Below, piece by piece: positions 58,801 to 64,000 of a stretch of 64,000 nucleotides of DNA. The stretch lies in contig NW_021833036.1 of assembly GCF_006345805.1 (NCBI RefSeq), forward strand, positions 62,001 through 126,000, read 5' to 3'. A program made the position numbers and the translations under genes. Each line of letters starts with the position of its first letter. The stretch's first letter is position 1. This DNA is from Octopus sinensis (Eukaryota). The notes beneath the pieces were generated by a model, which saw nothing but the letters and a program-made list of their open reading frames with translations, was not told the DNA's origin and did no database searches.

Positions 58801-59361
58801 AATCCTTTCTACTATAGGCATAATACCTGAAATTTTGAAGGGAGGGGTACATGATTACATGAACTCCAGTGCGTAACTGGTACTTTCTGAAAGGATGAAA
58901 GACAAAGTCAACCTTGATGGAATATTAACTTGGAAAATAATGCTTAAAGAAATATGGCCAAACATTTTACAGAGTTTGGTAATAATTCTATTACAGACAA
59001 CAAGGCCTGGATTTGAAAGAGGTGATGGGAGTTATTAGTTAATTAGTTAATTAGTTAATTAAAATCTACTTTAGTATTTGACTTGCTCTTTATTTCATCA
59101 AATTCTAACCCCTAAAACCCCGTCTGTTCAGAGTCAACTTCATCTTTTTTTTTCGGGGTTGATACGATAAGGTACCAGTCAAGTACTGGGGGGGTCAGTT
59201 TAAAATTCCTAGGCAGCAGAAAATGACCCTCAAAATTTGTGAGGGAATCTTCTTGGACCACCAATTATGAATTTATTTTTTAATTACTTAATGTTAACTC
59301 AGTAAGACATTAAACTTTATGGGTCCATGGAAACTTTTGTAAGGACCGTGTTATGAGATAT

Positions 59362-59940
59362 TACTCTTTTACTTGTTTCAGTCATTTGACTGCGGCCATG
59401 CTGGAGCACTGCCTTTAGTCGAGCAAATCGACCCCAGGACTTATTCTTTGTAAGCCTACTACTTATTCTAACAGTCTCTTTTGCCAAACTGCTAAGTTAC
59501 GGGAACGTAAACACACCAGCATCGGTTGTCAAGCGATGTTGGAGGGACAAACACAGACACACACACACACACACATACATATATATATATACATATATAC
59601 GACAGGCTTCTTTCAGTTTCCGTCTACCAAATCCATTCACAAGGCTTTGGTCGGCCCGAGGCTATAGTAGAAGACACTTGCCCAAGGTGCTACGCAGTGG
59701 GACTGAACTCGGAACCATGTGGTTGGTAAGCAAGCTACTTACCACACAGCCACTCCAGCACCTATATATATATTCATATATACGACTGGCTTCTTTCAGT
59801 TTCCGTCTACCAAATCCATTCACAAGGCTTTGGTCGGCCCAAGGCTATAGTAGAAGACACTTGCCCAAGGTTCCACACAGTGGGACTGAACCCGGAACCA
59901 TGTGGTTGGCAAGCAAGCTACTTACCACACAGCCACTCCT
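59362..59940 (-). mobile_element. SINE-B with duplicated head
   Basis: Sequence identity with other copies. Confidence 0.9.
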
Positions 59941-60399
59941 ATTTTTAAGACTAAGACAGACTTTACCTTTTATCTTTCAGGGGTCGAAAGTATATCAGTG
60001 ATATACTTTGGGATGCATTTACTATTTCTCTGAGACATCCTTAACACATAAAGCATGGCAGGCCATGATCATGACCGTCAGGCACAGGTTGACAGGCCAC
60101 GATCACGGTCCAGATAGATAGAGAATACCAAACGAGTTCCCTAGGGATACCGTATTTATTACAAGCCACGAGTTGTAATAAATACAGTATCCATAGGGAA
60201 TGAGTTTGGTATTTTATTTATTACACACGAATAAACGACCATATTTTTTTAACCCAATAACTAAATTCTTCACGTTTAGTTGTAACTTATGAATGACAAA
60301 AGTAGTGCCTTTATGGGTCTTCCTCTGAAACACAACATAATACCAAAGCTCTTGGTCATAGCCTCAATGAGGCCCAGTACTCATATATATATATATATA

Positions 60400-61085
60400 T
60401 ATCATCATCATCATCATCATCGTTTAACATCTGCTTTCCATGCTGGCATGGGTTGGACGCTTCGACTGAGGTCTGGCAAACCAGATGGCTGCATCAGACT
60501 CCAATCTTGATCTAGCAGAGTTTCTACAGCTGGATGTCCTTCCTAACGCCAACCACTTCAAGAGTGTCGTGGGTGCTTTTACGTGGCACCGGCACGAGGG
60601 CCAGTCAGGCAGTACTGGCAATGGTCATACTCAAATGGTGCTTTTTATGTGCCACCTGCACAGGAGCCAGTCCAGGGGCACTGGCAACGACCTCGCTTGA
60701 ATCTTTTACACATGCCACCGGTGCACAAATTTATACGTCGGTTTTAAATATTATACTTTGCGTTTTTTTATAGCTTGTTTTCATCATCATCATCATCATC
60801 GTTTAACGTCCGCTTTCCATGCTAGCATGGGTTGGACGATTTGACTGCGGACTGGCGAACTAGATGGCTGCACCAGGCTCCAGTCTGATCTGGCAGAGTT
60901 TCTACGGCTGGGACGATTTGACTGAGGACTGACAAACCAGATGGCTGCATCAGGCTCCAATCTGATCTGGTAGAGTTTCTACAGCTGGATGCCCTTTCTA
61001 ACGCCAACCACTCCGAGAGTGTAGCGGGTGCTTTTACATGCCACCGGCACGAGGGTCAGTCAGGCGGTGCTGGCAACGGTCATGG
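60400..61085 (-). mobile_element. RTE-A 3' ends (two, the second with an internal duplication)
   Basis: (CAT)n-cgtttaac starts at ~60400 and ~60782. Confidence 0.83.
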
Positions 61086-61409
61086 AAAATCGTGTTTTTT
61101 TTAAGGATATTTTAACTTTTTTTTTTTTTGTTCTTTATGTGTCCATGGTAGTCTCATTTTCATAAAATGTGCTCAGCAGTCCATGCTATGTAAGTTCAAA
61201 TCCCAGGGCTTTATGGGTTAATGTCAATGGAATCATGATAGATGACTGAAATGAATGTTACCTTTCATCCAACTGGGTTGATGATATAACACCTGATGAA
61301 TATTATGGATTGATTTAACTCGTTAGCATTTAAATTGGCCATATCCTGTGAAATGCATTTAATATTTCTCTAAAAAGAAGGATGGTGAGTTGACAGACTC
61401 ATTAGCATG

Positions 61410-61835
61410 TTGAGGCGGCGAGCTGGTAGAAACATCAACCCGACGGACGAAATGCTTAGCGGTATTTTGTCTGCCATTACGTTCTGAGTTCAAATTCCGC
61501 TGAGGTCGACTTTGCCTTTCATCCTTTCGGGGTCGATTAAATAAGTACCAGTACCAGTTATGCACTGGGGTCGATATAATTGACTTAATGCATTTGTCTG
61601 TCCTTGTTTGTCCCCTCTATCTTTAGCCCCTTGTGGGTAATAAAGAAATAGGTATTTCGTCTGCCGCTGCATTATGAGTTCAAATTCCGCCGAGGTCGAC
61701 TTTGCCTTTCATCCTTTCGGGGGTCAATTAAATAAGTACCAGTTACACACTGGGGTCGATATAATCAACTTAATCTGTTTGTCTGTCCTTGTTTGTCCCC
61801 TCTGTGTTTAGTCCCTTGTGGGTAATAAAGAAAAA
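61410..61835 (+). mobile_element. SINE-C with duplicated body
   Basis: Sequence identity with other copies. Confidence 0.85.
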
Positions 61836-62009
61836 AGACTCATTAGCATGTGCAAAATGTTTGGTGGCATTTCGTTGGTCTTCATGTTCTGAGCTCAAAT
61901 TCCACTGAGGTCTTTATCTTTCATCCTTTTAGGGTTGCTAAAATAAGGACGAGTTGAACACTGGGGCTGATGAATTTGACTTAGCCTTGTACCAAAGTTT
62001 GAAACCAAT

Positions 62010-62640
62010 CATCATCATCGTTTAGTGTCCGCTTTCCATGCTAGCATGGGTTGGACGGTGCAACTGGGGTCTGGGAAGCCAGACGACTGCGCTAGGCCCA
62101 GTCTGATTTGGCAGTGTTTCTACGGCTGGATGCCCTTCCTAACGCCAACCACTCCGGGAGTGTAGTGGGTGCTTTTTACGTGCCACCTGCACAGGTGCCA
62201 GACGAGGCTGGCAAATAGCCCCGATCGAATGGTGCTTTTTACGTGCCACCAGCACGGGGGCCAGACGAGGCTGGCAATGGACACAATCGGATGGTGCATT
62301 TTACGTGCCACCAGCACGGGGGCCAGACAAGGCTGGCAATGGCCACAATCAGATGATGCTTTTTACGTGCCACCAGCACGGGGGCCAGACGAGGCTGGCA
62401 ATGGCCACAATCGTATGGTGCATTTTACGTGCCACCGGCACGAGGCCAGTCAGGGCAGCGCTGGCAATGGCCACGTTCGGATGGTTCTCTTATGTGCCAC
62501 CGGCACTGGTATCACAGCTACAATTTCCATTGATGTTGATCGATTTTGATTTTCATTTTCATTTTCACTTGCCTCAACAGGTCTTCACAAGTAGGGTTTG
62601 TGTCACAAGAAGGAAAGGTATGCATAAGTGGGCTGGCTAC
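62010..62640 (-). mobile_element. RTE-A 3'UTR with four ~61-bp units
   Basis: Sequence identity with other copies. Confidence 0.85.
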
Positions 62641-62756
62641 GTCCCAGGTAGAAGCCAATATTCTTCTTAAAGGCGGTGAGCTGGCAGAATCGTTAGCATG
62701 CCAGGAAAAATGCTTAGCAACATTTTTACCATTCAAATCACAAAAATAATAATAAT

Positions 62757-63105
62757 ACCCAGCTGACAACAAGGTATATGATAAGGAAGAAAGAAAAGTT
62801 GATAGATATGACAGGTTAGCTTGGGAAGTTAAGCAGTTGTGGTCGATGAAAAAGGTGGTAGTAGTACCAATAATTATCAGAGCCCTGGGAACTGTTAATA
62901 AAAATCTTGAGAAGTATATGGAACAAATAGGGGCTGCAGTAAGGGTGGTGCCCTTGCAGAAAACAGCATTGCTTGGAACCACTTGAATACTCCTGATGGT
63001 GCTTGAAAAATAAGGGGTTACTTTAGTTCACTGGTAGTGAACAGCTGACACCGTAGTACATCTCCAGCGTTAGAAGCTGTGCAAAGGCAATAAAATAATA
63101 ATAAT
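62757..63105 (+). mobile_element. R4/Dong-like LINE 3' end (restriction-like endonuclease C-terminus)
   Basis: PADNKVYDKEERKVDRYDRLAWEVKQLWSMKKVVVVPIIIRALGTV...LQKTALLGTT*ILLMVLEK*; flanked by (AAT)n. Confidence 0.75.
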
Positions 63106-64000
63106 AATCCTTTCTACTGTAGGCACTAGGCCTGAAAATTTGGGGGAGGGGGCAAGTTAATACATCAACCCCAGTGCGTAACTGGTACTTATTTCATCAG
63201 TCCTGTAAGGATGAAAGGTAAAGTTGACCTTGGCAGAATTTGAGCTCGACATAAAATTTTTTTTTTTTTTATTATTTTGCTACAAGGGCCCATTTATACA
63301 AAGGAAGACACGTCACAAAAAGGGGTTACCAAAATATGCGGGTTTCTACACAGAATAGTTATGTAAAATAAAAGGGGGAATAAAACAAAGACATTTTGTT
63401 ATATACCGGGACATAGCTTTTATTTTATACTTGTTTCAGTCATTGGACTGTGGTCATACTGGGGCACCATCTTGAAGGGTTCTAGTTGAACAGCTTGGCC
63501 TTTGTACTTACTTTATTGGTGTCTTTCTGCTGAATCACTAAATTACAGGGACATAAACAAACCAATACCGGTTGTCAAGCAGTGGTGAGGAAAAACGCAG
63601 ACATAAAGACACAGACATTGAGATATATATGTGTGTGTGTGAGTGTATATGTGTGTGGTTTAATGTTGGGTGAATGAGAATAGAGTGCTCAATACCTGTA
63701 AAATATATAGATTTTTAATTAAAACTAAAACAGAGTTTGTTTCATGATTTGAGTTTCACATCACTGCAATTGCCCACTGATCACAGTGGCATGAAATTTA
63801 TTGCACAAACTATATATATATGTAATAATAATAATAATAATAATAATATGAGGGAATATTATTTCAAACTTACAGGGAAAAATTCAATTTAGAAATACTA
63901 AATCAAATTTCACAAAATATAATATATATATATATATATAAATTAGAAAATATGTTATGTATGTATTATATATATATTATATATATATATATATATATAT

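Overview
Eukaryotic, AT-rich and repeat-saturated genomic DNA. The SINE/LINE/microsatellite landscape looks like an octopus (coleoid cephalopod) genome; this is inferred from repeat recognition, not from a search. Two divergently oriented spliced genes were reconstructed by hand; the ORF track misses or misreads both. (1) Minus strand: 5' part of a HEI10/CCNB1IP1 meiotic RING E3 ligase gene. Coding exons are 16739-16677, a 16-nt micro-exon 10294-10279 and 5969-5910, giving MDGDLVCNFKKCRKSLNKLAWVTSCSHIFCEEDGSREFNKAYSCPAC; there is a probable non-coding first exon near 20.8 kb and the gene continues off the left edge. (2) Plus strand: a five-exon GORAB (RAB6-interacting golgin) gene at 29790-29862, 43260-43697, 47123-47224, 49686-49826 and 54616-55585, about 574 aa. 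As assembled, exon 2 carries a 1-nt frameshift, and the gene has a long microsatellite-derived C-terminal tail. The rest is tRNA-derived SINEs (at least five types), RTE, CR1-like and R4/Dong-like LINE fragments, non-autonomous Helitrons, a decayed mariner, pogo-, piggyBac-, hAT- and Merlin-like MITEs, Penelope-like ends (one with a hammerhead-like motif), TE-derived tandem arrays and long microsatellites. No CRISPR array, rRNA or true tRNA gene is supported. Nearly all listed ORFs are repeat artefacts. The most unusual structures are two inverted 252-bp piggyBac-MITE arrays sharing private variants, the GORAB frameshift with a possible rescuing acceptor, and the HEI10 micro-exon.
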